Of a DNA stretch of 64,000 nucleotides, positions 25,573 to 38,129 are shown piece after piece. Each line of letters opens with the position of its first letter. Positions within the stretch are counted from its first letter, which is position 1. Source of the stretch: Mobula hypostoma (taxonomy: Eukaryota); the NCBI RefSeq assembly GCF_963921235.1, contig NC_086108.1:20894001-20958000 (forward strand), written 5' to 3'. The translations under genes and the position numbers were made by a program. Under the pieces are notes generated by a model that ran no database searches, was not told the origin of the DNA, and saw nothing but the letters and a program-made list of their open reading frames with translations.

Positions 25573-26630
25573 TAGAAACCATAGAAACTACAGCACAGAA
25601 ACAGGCCTTTTGGCCCTTCTTGGCTATGCCGAACCATTTTCTGCCTAGTCCCACTGACTTACACACAGACCATATCCCTCCATACACCTCCCATCCATGT
25701 ATCTGTCCAATTTATTCTTAAATATTAAAGAAGAACCCACATTTACCACCTCATCTGGCAGCTCATTCCATACTCCCACGCTCTCTGTGTGAAGAAGCCC
25801 CACCTAATGTTCCCTTTAAACTTTTCCCCCCTCACCCTTAACCCATGTCCTCTGGTTTTTTTCTCCCCTTGCCTCAGTGGAAAAAGCCTGCTTGCATTCA
25901 CTCTATCTATACCCATCATAATTTTATATACCTCTATCAAATCTCCCCTCATTCTTCTACGCTCCAGGGAATAAAGTCCTAACCTATTCAATCTTTCTCT
26001 GTAACTGAGTTTCTCAAGTCCTGGCAACATCCTTGTAAACCTTCTCTGCACTCTTTCAAAATTATTTATATCCTTCCTGTAATTTGGTGACCAAAACTGA
26101 ACACAATACTCCAGATTCGGCCTCACCAATGCCTTATAAAACTTCATCATAACATTCCGGCTCTTATACTCAATACTTCGATTACTAAAGGCCAATGTAC
26201 CAAAAGCTCTCTTTACGACCCTATCTACCTGTGACGACACTTTTAGGGAATTTTGTATCTGTATTCTCAGATCCCTCTGTTCCACTGCACTCCTCAGTGC
26301 CTTACCATTAACCCTGTATGTTCTACCTTGGTTTGTCCTTCCAACGTACAATACCTCACACTCGTCTGTATTAAACTCCATCTGCCATTTTTCAGCCCAT
26401 TTTTCCAGCTGGTCTAAGTCCCTCTGCAGGCTCTGAAAACCTTCCTCACTGTCTACTACACCTCCAATCTTTGTATCATCAGCAAACTTGCTGATCCAAT
26501 TTACCACATTATCATCCAAATCATTGATATAGATGACAAATAACAATGAACCCAGCACTGATCCCTGTGGCACACCACTAGTCACAGGCCTCCACCTGGA
26601 GAAGCAATTCTCTACTACCACTCTTTGGCT
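25573..26630 (-). mobile_element. 5'-truncated CR1 LINE
   Basis: ORF 25743-26621 (PQGSVLG, FADD, RPNLEYCVQFW) and a TTCTATGG tail. Confidence 0.93.
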
Positions 26631-26687
26631 TTTTCTTCTTCTTGTTTTATGGTGGTCAGCACCCAGCTTAATGGTGCATTACCGCCA
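26631..26687 (-). mobile_element. I/Nimb-like LINE 3' stub
   Basis: The minus strand reads TGGCGGTAATGCACC...GCTGGGTGC...(GAA)n. The flanking 15-mer CACTTGTGGTGTGTT occurs at 25556-25570 and 26688-26702. Confidence 0.65.
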
Positions 26688-26915
26688 CACTTGTGGTGTG
26701 TTCTCCGAATGCTTGTCTTTTATATACTTATCATCAGTTGATTGGCCATCATTACTGAAATTCAATTATGACATAGGGAAGGAGTGCACAGAGTTCACCA
26801 CACAACCAATCGGCGATGAGACCCCCTCCCGACATCACAATTAAGTTTCCGTAATGACAACCAATCAACTGATTGATAAGTATTTAAAAACCAAGCACTC
26901 AGAGGACACATAAGT

Positions 26916-26953
26916 CCTGGGTGCCAACCGCCGTAAAACAAGAAGACAACGAC
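26916..26953 (+). mobile_element. I/Nimb-like LINE 3' stub
   Basis: CTGGGTGCCAACCGCCGTAAAACAAGAAG, with TSD GACACATAAGT at 26905-26915 and 26954-26964. Confidence 0.65.
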
Positions 26954-27238
26954 GACACATAAGTGAATAAGCTCATTGAAGAAATCGCCTCATATGGTGA
27001 CAAAACATTTGCAAGTGGATTGCCAAGATCAAAGAACAACTCAAGCCAACCATCAACCTCCCATGCTACATATTTTCTGAGTTATCCTTAAACTGTACTA
27101 AGAGATATTTGTCCCGTTAAACCTGCTGCAACAGATTATCACCTAAACTAAGAAATAATTGAATTTACAGAGAATTGCATAAGAAATAGTAACAGCTCAC
27201 ACAGAAATATCCTACAAATGTATCGATCTTGCAAATAC

Positions 27239-27457
27239 ATCAAAGTTGCTGGTGAACGCAGCAGGCCAGGCAGCATCTCTAGGAAGAGGTATAGTCAACG
27301 TTTCAGGCCGAGACCCTTCATCAGGACTAACGAAGGGTCTCGGCCTGAAACGTCGACTGTACCTCTTCCTAGAGATGCTGCCTGGCCTGCTGTGTTCACC
27401 AGCAACTTTGATGTGTGTTTTTTGAATTTCCAGCATCTGCAGGATTCCTCTTGTTTG
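27239..27457 (+). mobile_element. Short Penelope-like insertion with an inverted 5' half
   Basis: An inverted repeat with arms of about 80 bp and a 15-bp TSD CGATCTTGCAAATAC (27224-27238, 27458-27472). It has the same terminus as the GIY-YIG-type copies elsewhere in the window. Confidence 0.85.
27292..27329 (-). ncRNA. Minimal type-I hammerhead ribozyme motif
   Basis: The minus strand reads UAGUC-CUGAUGA-AGGgucucggCCU-GAAAC-GUU-GACUA, giving stem I, an intact core, stem II and an NUH site. Confidence 0.72.
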
Positions 27458-29404
27458 CGATCTTGCAAATACGATTGGTTTTATGTCTGTGCTACATTCT
27501 CCCACAATCTCCTATCAATCCTGTACCTTGATATTTTAATTGTCCACAGAAACAAGATTAGTGATCACTTCCACACAGTAAGATACTATAGGCACTGGAA
27601 CAACAAAAAAATGTTAGAAATGTACCTGTTTGGGGGGTGGGGAGTTGGTGAGTGGAAGAGGAGAGGAGGAAGGGGCAGGATGAGGGTGAAAGAAGATTAA
27701 CCTTTCAGATGGATAACGGTTTTGGCACAACTCATGTATACATCCCCTACAATTATCATCACCATTTGTGCTAACAAGTCCTCTTGATCTCTATCAAAGA
27801 CTTTCCTTTGTTCTCTCCATGCATCATACAATAGAAAACATGCTGGATTTCTAACTTTTCCTAATTCTGATGAAAAATCATGGACCCAAAATGTTAACTG
27901 CCTGATGGTGCCTGAACCTGCTGACCTCTTTTGACTTGTATTTCTATTTCAAACTGCTGACTTTTCATCAACAATTTTGCTTTGAACTTCACCACTAAGA
28001 AGTTCCTATCTGCCCTTGATAAGGTGCTGACTTTTTGAATTGCTGCAGTTTCTTTTCCACATGCAGGTTCCCCTCCAAGTTACACACCACCCTGTCTCGG
28101 AAATATATCAGTGGTCTTGCTTTGTCACGGTGTCTAAACACTAGAATTTTCACCCAGTACCATGATGGGAGCACCTTCACCAGAAGAATATCAGTACATG
28201 AGATCCTGAAAGTAGTTTTTAAAAATCTTAGCACTGATTCATGTGTCTTTCTTTGGCTGCTACCCATTAAATTACTCCAAGTCAAAAAGATGCCTTATCC
28301 AAAAATAGCAACATCTCAACCTCAAAGACAGGTTGCACTACTTTTTAATATCTCAGCTGAAAGGCAATATATTAAATAAGTCAATAATTAATCAGCACAA
28401 CATTGCAGTGTCTACCCTTTGCTCAGTGCATTTTTCAAGAAGTAAAATTAAACCTGTATCTTACTCAGCAAAAGCAAGTAAGCTCAACTGAAATACAACA
28501 AACACAGTTCTTATTTAGCTGCCTTCATACCCAAGAAAGCTCATAAACAGACTTTTTTTTTATATATATACATGGGCAATTTTCAAAACAAAATATACAA
28601 GGTCATGACAAAAATTGCAAGGGTTGCATTTTCCAAAAATATTTTTCAATATTGCCATTAGAAGAATTCTGGTGATCATTTCAGGTTCTTCTTTTGAAAT
28701 CTTAAGTTTGGCTAGCCAACATCTTTTTATGTTATTGTAAGTTCATATCTCATATCATAAAATGATTCCATTGAAAGTTCCCTGGCACTTTGCTGGTAAA
28801 TAGACTCCATAACCACTGTAAATTACTTGGTTTTTTTTTTGCCTCCCAAGATCACTCCCTATCCTTGATTTCTAACAAATCCACTTATGAAGTTTAAGCT
28901 TAGCCTGACTGGTCAGCAAATGCTCAACCTTCAGCATTGCTTCTCAACCCCAGAAATAGTTTCCAATAAGTTTCTTCATTGCATTACTACAATCATGATT
29001 TCCCCTTATTACACTGCAGGACTATGATAGGAATGAATTAGTGCTCAAAAAGATCATTTTCAATAATTAAGTGTTCAGACTAGGAACCTCGGTGAAATAT
29101 TGGCCAGCGGAACTTCTCAGTCACATAAAAATATACTTAGATCCTAAAATTCCAAGTGCAAATAATAAATAGGTTGCCCAGAATTAGACACAAATACCAA
29201 TTTGCTGTACAGTATTCCCACTCAATATCAGCAATTACTGATGTTATACTATCATGACAGTTTGTAGAAATTTTCAGGAATAACATGATAAATATAAGAC
29301 ACTGAAGTAAATAGAAAAACTTTGATGTACGTACGTTCCAACAGCAAGTCACAAATCACACAAATATTGTGATACATCTTTACCAAAATATAAAAACAAA
29401 ATGC

Positions 29405-29700
29405 ACAGCTGGAGGAGCTGGTATCTCACAGCTCCAATGACCACGGTTCAATCCAGACCTTGATGTTGCCTGTGTGGAGTTAGCACATTCTCCTTATGAC
29501 AGCATACGCTTCCTCCTATATCCCAAAGACATGTAGGTTGATGGATTAATTGCCCACTGTAAATTACCCTTATTGTGTCTGCAAATGGTAGAATCTGCAG
29601 CAAGTTGATTCAAATGAGGGGAAAATAAGTTACAGGGAAAATTAGCATGGCAGGTATGGCTCTGTTGGATAAACTTGATGGGCCAAATGGTCTCTTTTCA
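29405..29700 (+). mobile_element. Old tRNA/V-domain-type SINE
   Basis: GGTTCAATCC B-box, TGTGTGGAGTTAGCACATTCTCC, CCCAAAGACATG and GTAAATTACCCT. Confidence 0.65.
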
Positions 29701-30374
29701 TGATGCAAGAAAATGTGGAAGAATAGACACGTAGCTACAAAAGGCATAATGGGAAAAAAAAGTCAACTTCACATAGCAGAAAAACGTTATTGTGATAAAA
29801 GGAATAAAATCAACCAACCCCAAACAGGAGATAGTTTGAACAGGCCACACACAAGGATACTTCTTGGTATGTAAAGAGAAATGGTAACAGCTTAACTGGA
29901 AAACTGTTCTCCAGTATTTATTGTCTAATCAGTGATAAGCAAATTTGAGCAGATTCCGGTTAACACTGAGGGAGGAGTTAATGTGCACAATAACCAACTG
30001 CTCAGAGCACTTCATTATGGTTGATGTTAGTACTACTAGCAGTAGTCACTCAGGCAGGTTATCATGTCCTTCTTGGGCACTACAACCTCACTCCACAGAA
30101 GTGGAAAGTTGAATATGTCTGTAAGTCTTTCAGCGAGCTGATCTACACAGATCTTTGGTACTCAGACAAATATGCCATCTGCACCAGGTGTCTTACCTGA
30201 ATTCACTCTCTTGAAGGATGCCCGGATTTTGCACAGCTAAGCATAGCTTCAATGTCATCTTCAAATTCACTGACAACATGACTGTTGTTGGAATATGACA
30301 GGCGGTGATGAGTCAGCTTACTGGAGCTAAATTGGTCACCTGATTGAGTGGTGTCACGAAAACAATCACCCACA

Positions 30375-31460
30375 GGACAGACTTGTCAGGGAGCAGAAGT
30401 GAATGTAGTTGCTATTACTAAGGAGGATGTGCTTGGGAAGGTAGATAAGTCACTGGGACCAGATGGATTACACCCAGGGTTCTGAAAGAGGTGGCTGATG
30501 AGATCATGGAGGCAATAGTAATGACCTTTCAAGAATCACTAGATTCTGGTATGGTTCTGGAGGATTGAAAAATTGCAAATGTCTACTCCTACTTCTTCTC
30601 CACCTTGGTTTACAGCGGTTGGCACCCAGCTTAACGGTGCATTATTGCCACCTTCTGCTCCAGAGTGTGCAATAGACTTACATTCTAAATCCCTTCACCC
30701 AATCACACACATACACATACCCTAACCTTCACTTTATCCAAATCCCATCTTTGGCCGTCAATTACAAATGTCACTCCAGTCTTTAAGAGGGGAGGGAGGC
30801 AAAAGGAAGGAAATTATAGGCCAGTTAGCATGAATTCAGTGGTTAGGAATACGTTGCAGACCATCATTAAGGATGAGGTTTCGGGGTACTTTGAGGCAAA
30901 TTATAAAGTAAGCCGATAACAGCATGGTTTCCCTAGGGGGAATAATGTTGGAATTCATTGAGGAAATAACATGAAGATAGACAAAGATGAGTCAGTGGAT
31001 GTTGTTTACTTGAATTTTCAAAAGGTCTTTGATAAGGTGCTGCACATGAGGCTGCTTAACAAGAGCCCATGGTATTACACAAAAGCAAAAAGTGGGAATA
31101 AAGGGGCCCGATTCAGGTTGGTTGCTGGTGATTAGTGATGTTCTTCAGGGGTTGATATTGGAACTGCTTCTTTTCACATTACACGTCAGTAATTTGGATG
31201 GAATTGATGGCTTTGTAGCCAAGTTTGCAGACGATACAAAGATAGATGGAGGGGTAGGTAGTTTTGAGGAAGCAGAGAGTCTGCAGAGGGACTTAGACAG
31301 ATTGGGAGAATGGACGAAGAAGTGGCAGATGGAATACAGTTTAGAGAAGCGTAGAGTCATGCACTTTGGTAGAAAAAAATGAAGTGCAAACTATTTTCTA
31401 AATGTGATGAAATTCAAAAATCAGGAGATCCAAAGGATTCCCTGAAGGTTAACTTACATC
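30375..31460 (+). mobile_element. Decayed CR1 fragment containing an I/Nimb-like insertion
   Basis: KSLGPDG, NYRPVS and FADD motifs. Confidence 0.8.
30584..30759 (-). mobile_element. I/Nimb-like LINE 3' fragment
   Basis: Same 3' end as the stubs at 26631 and 26916. TSD AATTGCAAATGTC/AATTACAAATGTC at 30571-30583 and 30760-30772. Confidence 0.7.
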
Positions 31461-32184
31461 CTCTTTCTTAATATCTACATGATCAAGCTTTTCAGTCTGC
31501 TCTAAGTCCTCCCTACAATCGCTAAGATTCTTTTCCATAGTGAATACTGAAGCAAAGTACTCATTAAGCACCTCTGCTTCACATTACTTGTGAATGCTGC
31601 TTATTGGTGATTCTTCAATTAGAGGCACCTTTGACTACATAAAATTCTGAAAAATGAAATTTCTTAGAACTCTTGTTTATGTTATAACCTTTATTTTAAG
31701 CTCTGTAATGAAGAACAGATCTTGGCATCAATCAACATTTAAGAGAACTTCTATATTTTAAGGAGTTTTTGCAAAGTTTTCACGGATGAGTATCATTACC
31801 ATCACACCATCAAAATACTGAATTTAATTTAAAATGAAATGACAAAGAATTCAAAGTCAATCCTGCAAATAAAAAACATGTACTTTAATAAATCTGTTTT
31901 AACTCATTTTAAGAACATTTAGATTTCTGAATCACATTTTCTAAAGCATGCCAATATTTTCCTTACTTAACAACAAAACATTTGTTTACTAATTAGACTA
32001 TGGAGTTTGATAGAATACTGATTTTGGTATCAAAGCACTCGACTCCAGCAAATGAGTTCAGACCAATATTACTGAACTAAACATTTCCCATCAAAATATG
32101 CACTGTAATGGTAATGACAAAATACTTCTGACCTTGACAAACAATGGTTTTAGTTTAACATTAACACTGACAGAACATCTGTCC

Positions 32185-32334
32185 AAATATATGGACAGGA
32201 AAGGAATGGAGGCTTATGGGCTGAGTGCAGGTCGGTGGGACTAGGTGACAGTAAGAGTTCGGCACGGACTAGAAGGGCCAAGATGGCCTGTTTCCATGCT
32301 GTAATTGTTATTGTTATACGGTTATATGGTTATA
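32185..32334 (+). mobile_element. CR1 3' end stub
   Basis: Closely matches 24618-24750. Confidence 0.8.
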
Positions 32335-34257
32335 TTGAACATAGAATAGTACAGCACAGTACAGGCTCTTCAGCCCACAATGATGTACCAACCCTTAAAC
32401 CCTGCCTCCCATATACCCCCCCCACCTTAAATTCCTCCATATACCTGTCTAGTAGTCTCCTAAATTTCACTAGTATATCTGCCTCCACCACTGACTCAGG
32501 CAGTGCATTCCAAGCACCAACCACTCTCTGAGTAAAAAATCTTCCTCTAATATCCCCCTTGAACTTCCATCCCCTTACCATGTCCTCTTGTACTCAGCAG
32601 TGGTGCCCTGGGGAAGAGGTGCTGGCCATCCACTCTATCTATTACTCTTAATATCTTATATACCTCTATCATGTCTCCTCTCATCCTCCTTCTCTCCAAA
32701 GAGTAAAGTCTGAGCTCCCTTAATCTCTGATCATAATGCATACTCTCTAAACCAGGCAGCATCCTGGTAAATCTCCTTTGTACCCTTTCCAATGCTTCCA
32801 CATCCTTCCTATAGTGAGGTGACCAGAACTGGACACAGTACTCCAAGTGTGGCCTAACCAGAGTTTTATAGAGCTGCATCATTACCTCCCGACTCTTAAA
32901 CTCTATCCCTCGATTTATGAAAGCTAACACCCCATAAGCTTTCTTAACTACCTTATCCACCTATGAGGCAACTTTCAGGGATGTGTGGACACGTACCCCG
33001 AGATCCCTCTGCTCCTCCACACTACCAAGTATCCTGCCATTTACTTTGTACTCTGCCTTGGAGTTTGTCCTTCCAAAGTGTACCACCTCACACTTCTCCA
33101 GGTTGAACTCCATCTGCCACTTCTCAGCCCACTTCTGCATTCTATCAATGTCTCTGCAATCTTCGACAATCTTCTACTCTATCCACAACACCACCAACCT
33201 TTATGTCGTCTGCAAACTTGCCAACCCACCCTTCTACCCCTACATCCAGGTCATTAATAAGTATCACAAAAAGTAGAGGTCCCATAACTGATCCTTGTGG
33301 GACACCACTAGTCACAACCCTCCAATCTGAATGTACTCTCTCCACCACCACCCTCTGCTTTCCGCAGGCAAGCCAATTCTGAATCCACCTGGCCAAACTT
33401 CCCTGGATCCCATGCCTTCTAACTTTCTGAATAAGCCTACTGTGTGGAACCTTGTCAAATGCCTTACTAAAATCCATGTAGATCACATCCACTGCACTAC
33501 CCTCATCTATATGCCTGGTCACCTCCTCAAAGAACTCTATCAGGCTTGTTAGACACGACCTGCCCTTCACAAAGCCATGCTGACTGGCCCTGATCAGACC
33601 ATGATTCTTAAATGCCCATAGATCCTATCTTTAAGAATATTTTCCAACAGCTTTGCCACCACAGACGTAAGGCTCGCTGGTCTATCATTACCCGGACTGT
33701 CCCTACTACCTTTTTTGAACAAGGGGACAACATTCGCCTCCCTCTAGTCCTCCGGTACCATTCCCGTGGACAACGAGGACATAAAGATTCTAGCCAGAGG
33801 CTCAGCAATCTCTTCCCTCGCCTCGTAGAGCAGCCTGGGGAATATTCCGTCAGGCCCCGGGGACTTATCCATCCTAATGTATTTTAACAACTCCAACACC
33901 TCCTCTCCCTTAATATCAACATGCTCCATAACATCAACCTCACTCATATTGTCCTCACCGTCGTCAAGTTCCCTCTCATCGATGAATACTGAAGAGAAGT
34001 ATTCATTGAGGACCTCGCTCACTTCCACAGCCTCCAGGCACATTTTCCACCTTTATCTCTAATCGGTCCTACCATCACTCCTGTCATCCTTTTGTTCTTC
34101 ACATAATTGAAGAATGCCTTGGGGTTTTCCCTTACCCTACTCGCCAAGGCCTTCTCATGCCCCCTTCTTGCTCTGCTCAGCCCCTTCTTAAGCTCCTTTC
34201 CTGCTACCCTATAATCCTAAATAGACCCATCTGATCCTTGTTTCCTAAACCTCATGT
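32335..34257 (-). mobile_element. 5'-truncated CR1 LINE, same subfamily as the copy at 55370-57290
   Basis: ORF translations are nearly identical to those at 55549-57123. Confidence 0.93.
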
Positions 34258-34679
34258 AACTAGAAACAATACTTACAAATAAAAATACATCCTTACAGTC
34301 TGCACTATTCATCCAAATTCCATAAAAAGTCACAGTTTTTAAGGCAGGTGGTTAGAGAACTTCATTAAAAACATCCACATGAAGCATAAAATAGGCAGCC
34401 CAGCTAAACTAAGCATTGTCTAGTCTTGTTTAAATAAAACAATGTTTACAAAACATCTGCCTAACCAGTCCCAACTCTGTAATAAGCAGCAATTCAAATT
34501 TCAAAGATTATAGAGGTCATTATTTTTCAACTGTCCATAACAGAGAACACTTTTTTAAAATCACTGACAAAACATTTACTCAACCTTCTACACACCTTTT
34601 TTTAAAATCAATAAGACTCATGAAACATTCACAGAAATCTCAACTCTGCAAAAAAGCAATACTTTTAAAGCACTTTCTT

Positions 34680-34965
34680 ATCGTCTCCATGAGTACATAG
34701 GCGAGGCCTCGGGTAGATGGAGGCCATTTTGATCTTGTTGTTGGCCTACTGGAGATTCTGGTGGGGTATTCTCTGCATTCATCGGGAAAACAGCACCAAG
34801 ACAACACCGGAGGACAGCGCCTTCAAGTGCAGTTGCTGCAGCCGAGACTGTCACTCCCATGTGGACCTCTACAGCTACAACAGACGCTGCTCTACCTACA
34901 CCGACTGAAGCAAAACTTACCATGTGCAGATCCATGGTCTCGCGAGACTAACGGATGCCACCACG
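34680..34965 (+). mobile_element. RTE-clade LINE 3' stub
   Basis: C-terminal zinc-finger-like FKCSCCSRDCHSHVDLYSYNRRC, then a stop and a short 3' UTR. Confidence 0.6.
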
Positions 34966-35469
34966 TATTCTCTGCTATAAAACTTTGTACTACCTGTTTT
35001 CCCTATTAGAAGCCCTTTGCTTAACTCCACTGTTGTCTCTTCATCTCTGTTCACGCTTTGGTAATTATGATGTGATCTTAAGTTTTCTTGTCTCCCTTCT
35101 TTTTTCTGCATCTCTCTCTTTCAAGATACTGCTGATATTTCTCTGGGTTTTCATTAATTGTGTCTCTACTTTTTGATCAGTCTGCTGATGATTTTGGGGC
35201 CATCTTGACAAATTCATCGCCAGTTGTGATGGTAAGGACAGGTAATGGTAATGATATTTCTCACTTTTTAAAAGAAAAAGTTGGCCAAGTCTCAGTGAAG
35301 TTATTTATTTCTCAGTTAAAACACCCAAATAGTAACTTGTTTGGTAATGACACGTAATAAATATGTTCTCAGATCAGGAGGTATAAATCCTTAAATTACT
35401 CACATTTCTGGACATCAAAATGTCAGTCTCCTGCCATGACAGCCACATGCTCCCATCTCTTATCATTGC

Positions 35470-35688
35470 TATAGAACGATAGAACATTACAGCACAGAAA
35501 CAGGCTTTTTGGCCCTTCCTGGCTGTGCCGAACCATTTTTCTGCCTAGTCTCACTGACCTGCACCTGGACCATATCCCTCCATACACCTCTCATCGATGT
35601 AACTGTCCAAGTTTTTCTTAAATGTTAAAAGTGAGCCGGCATTTACCAGTTTATCTGGCAGCTCATTCCACACTCCCACCACTCTATG
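35470..35688 (-). mobile_element. CR1 3' end stub
   Basis: Matches 25575-25785. Confidence 0.8.
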
Positions 35689-36115
35689 GCAACCACATAA
35701 GCAGTAGTTTGAAAAAACTTGATCAGTTTCTAAAATGGGTTGCGTGTTGGTAACAACAGAAGTGTTGGGGGCTACAATTCTTTCTCATAAAAAATATACA
35801 AATAGAATAATTGTACAAAATGTACAATAACCCAAATGAATTTGGTATGTTTTAAACATTTTTGTGAGAAAATATATACTAAAAGTTTCATGATTTTAAT
35901 ATTTATTATTACTTTATTTTGAAGACAAATTTAGAGTCTGGGTAGGGTACAAGCCCAAAATAGTGAAATTCTTGCACATTCCAAGTTTTTAACTCATTTA
36001 AAAATTAAGAAAATATTTTTATGAAGTATACTGAAAAAAGTTTAGTTACTATTACCTAACTTTTAAAACTACAGTACATATTTTTGTGAAAATTATTTTT
36101 TTCTTGAAAATCTAC

Positions 36116-36438
36116 TCAGTGGGCAGGCTGGTAGCGCAACAACATCGGCACCAGACCCGGGAGCAGAGGTTCCCGCGTTCAAAACTAGTCGGGTCCACCC
36201 CCAAGTACGCTTTACATCCATGCCAGGTTGAGTGTCGAGACCGCAACTCAACTTCGTAAAACAAAGGGAAAATACCGCGAAAATGTCTGTGTGACGAGTG
36301 GCGCGCCAGTCTCTCTCTTGCTCTGCACCTTGTAAAAAGCCATGAAAAATCCATCATCACGGACGCACGTAGACGCACATGCAGACGCAGGCGCACAGAC
36401 TCGCACGCACGCAGGCACACGCCAAAAAAAAGAAAAAA
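36116..36438 (+). mobile_element. tRNA-derived SINE with an A-rich tail
   Basis: A/B-box-like head, CpG-rich body, GACGCA repeats, poly-A, and a 10-bp TSD GAAAATCTAC (36106-36115, 36439-36448). Confidence 0.75.
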
Positions 36439-36449
36439 GAAAATCTACC

Positions 36450-37492
36450 CAGGGACATTAGGAAATCAGACAGTGGGTGGGGGGGGGAGGGTGGAGGAAA
36501 ATGTGCTGGGTGGTGAGATCTCATCAGAGGCGGCAGAAGTTACAGATAATTATGTGCTGGATGCAGAGGCTGGTGGGGCTCCCCCCCCCCCATCTTTCCA
36601 CAGGGATCGCTCCCTACATGACTCTTTTGTCCATTAGTCCCTCCCCACTGATCTCCCTCCTCACACTTATCCTTGCATGCAGAACAAGTGCAACACCTGC
36701 CCCTTTACCTCCTCCCTCAATATTATTTAGGACCCCAAACAGTCCTTCCAGGTAAGGCAACACCTGAGAGTCTGTTGGGATCTAGTGCATCTGGTGCAGC
36801 CTCCTGTATATCAGTGAGACACGATGTACACTAGAAGGCTGCTTCACTGAGCACCTATCCTCCGTGGTCCACCAAAAAAAAGTGGGACATGCCAGTTGCC
36901 ACCTATTTTAATTCCACTTCCCATTCCGGCATGTCAATCCTTGGCCTCCTGTACTGCCACAACGAGGCCACACTCTGGTTGGAGGAGCAATACCTTATAT
37001 TCCTTCTGTGTAGCCTCCAACCCAATGACATGAACATCGATTTCTCGAACTTCCGTTAATGCCCCCCCCCCACTTCCTTCACCATTCCTCATTCCAAGTT
37101 CCCTCTCTCACCTTATCTCCTCACAAGCCTATCACCTCCCTCTGGTGTTCCTCCTTCTTCACTTTCTTCCATGGTCTTTTGTCCTCTCCTATCAGGTTCT
37201 CCCTTCTCCAGCCTTTTATCTCTTTCACCAATTGATTTCCCAACTCTTTACTTCACCCTTCCTTCTCCTGCACCCCCCCAACCCTGGTCTTACCCATCAC
37301 TTGGTACCTTATATTTATTCCTCCCCTCCCCAACCTTCTAATTTTTTCTCTCGGGTCCTGATGAAGACTCTCGACCCAAAACATTGACCGTTTACTCTTT
37401 TCCATAGATGCTGCCCAGCCTGCTGGGGTCTGCCAGCATTTAGTGCGTGTCACGTGGATTTTCAGCATCTGCAGATTTTCTCCTGCTTATGA
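36450..37492 (+). mobile_element. Penelope-like element fragment (GIY-YIG region and terminal repeat, short inverted 5' part)
   Basis: CNTCP, LYISET and LEEQYLIF-type motifs, with a degenerate hammerhead near 37355. Confidence 0.8.
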
Positions 37493-38129
37493 TTGGACTA
37501 CAATGTGTAAGATGTTCTATATTCTAATTCATGGTTTTGGTGATGTTACTTGTTCCATTTTATATGAAAATAAATGAATTTCAGATATTATGATGTGCAA
37601 AATATTTTAGAATTGTTTCAATTAGTTATTGTGGTCTAAGTAACATTCAAGTTAATCATGAATCATATGGAAAATATTTACCAGAATATTGCTTAAAGGT
37701 GCTCTGGAACTCAGGTTGCAATAGAGTATCCAAAAATAACAAAAGAGAAGGTAAGCAGTTAATGCAACCTCAGGCTGCACCAGCTGAGACTTGGAACTGT
37801 ACCAAACTGTTGTAAAATGCAATCCAATCAGAAGGGAAGCGATCTTACATTGCAAGGGGTAATGCATTGACACTTTGGTATTTGTTAAGATGCCTGTCAT
37901 TTAATTGAATCCTTTTATTCAAGTATACTCAGTGAACGCTGTTGACAAAGTCAGTGAAAAAAGTAAAGCTTTCTGCTTCATAAAGAAAACACAATTGTAT
38001 ATTGATATAATCAGATATATCGTGCCAACTCTCATTACTAAAAACTAGAAATAGACAGCAACACAACATAAATATTCACTGGCTAGGAAATTACTTTACA
38101 GGGAACTATTCGCCTACAGACTAGGAATA

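Larger units (their letters stand above)
25477..27045. mobile_element. Foldback/MITE-like palindromic element, interrupted by three LINE insertions
   Basis: 25477-25570 is the reverse complement of about 26954-27045, and 26688-26770 is the reverse complement of about 26835-26915 (diverged arms). Confidence 0.75.

Noticed and set aside
27218..27700. 160-aa ORF with an internal repeat
   Set aside because: It is a by-product of the palindromic Penelope-like insertion.
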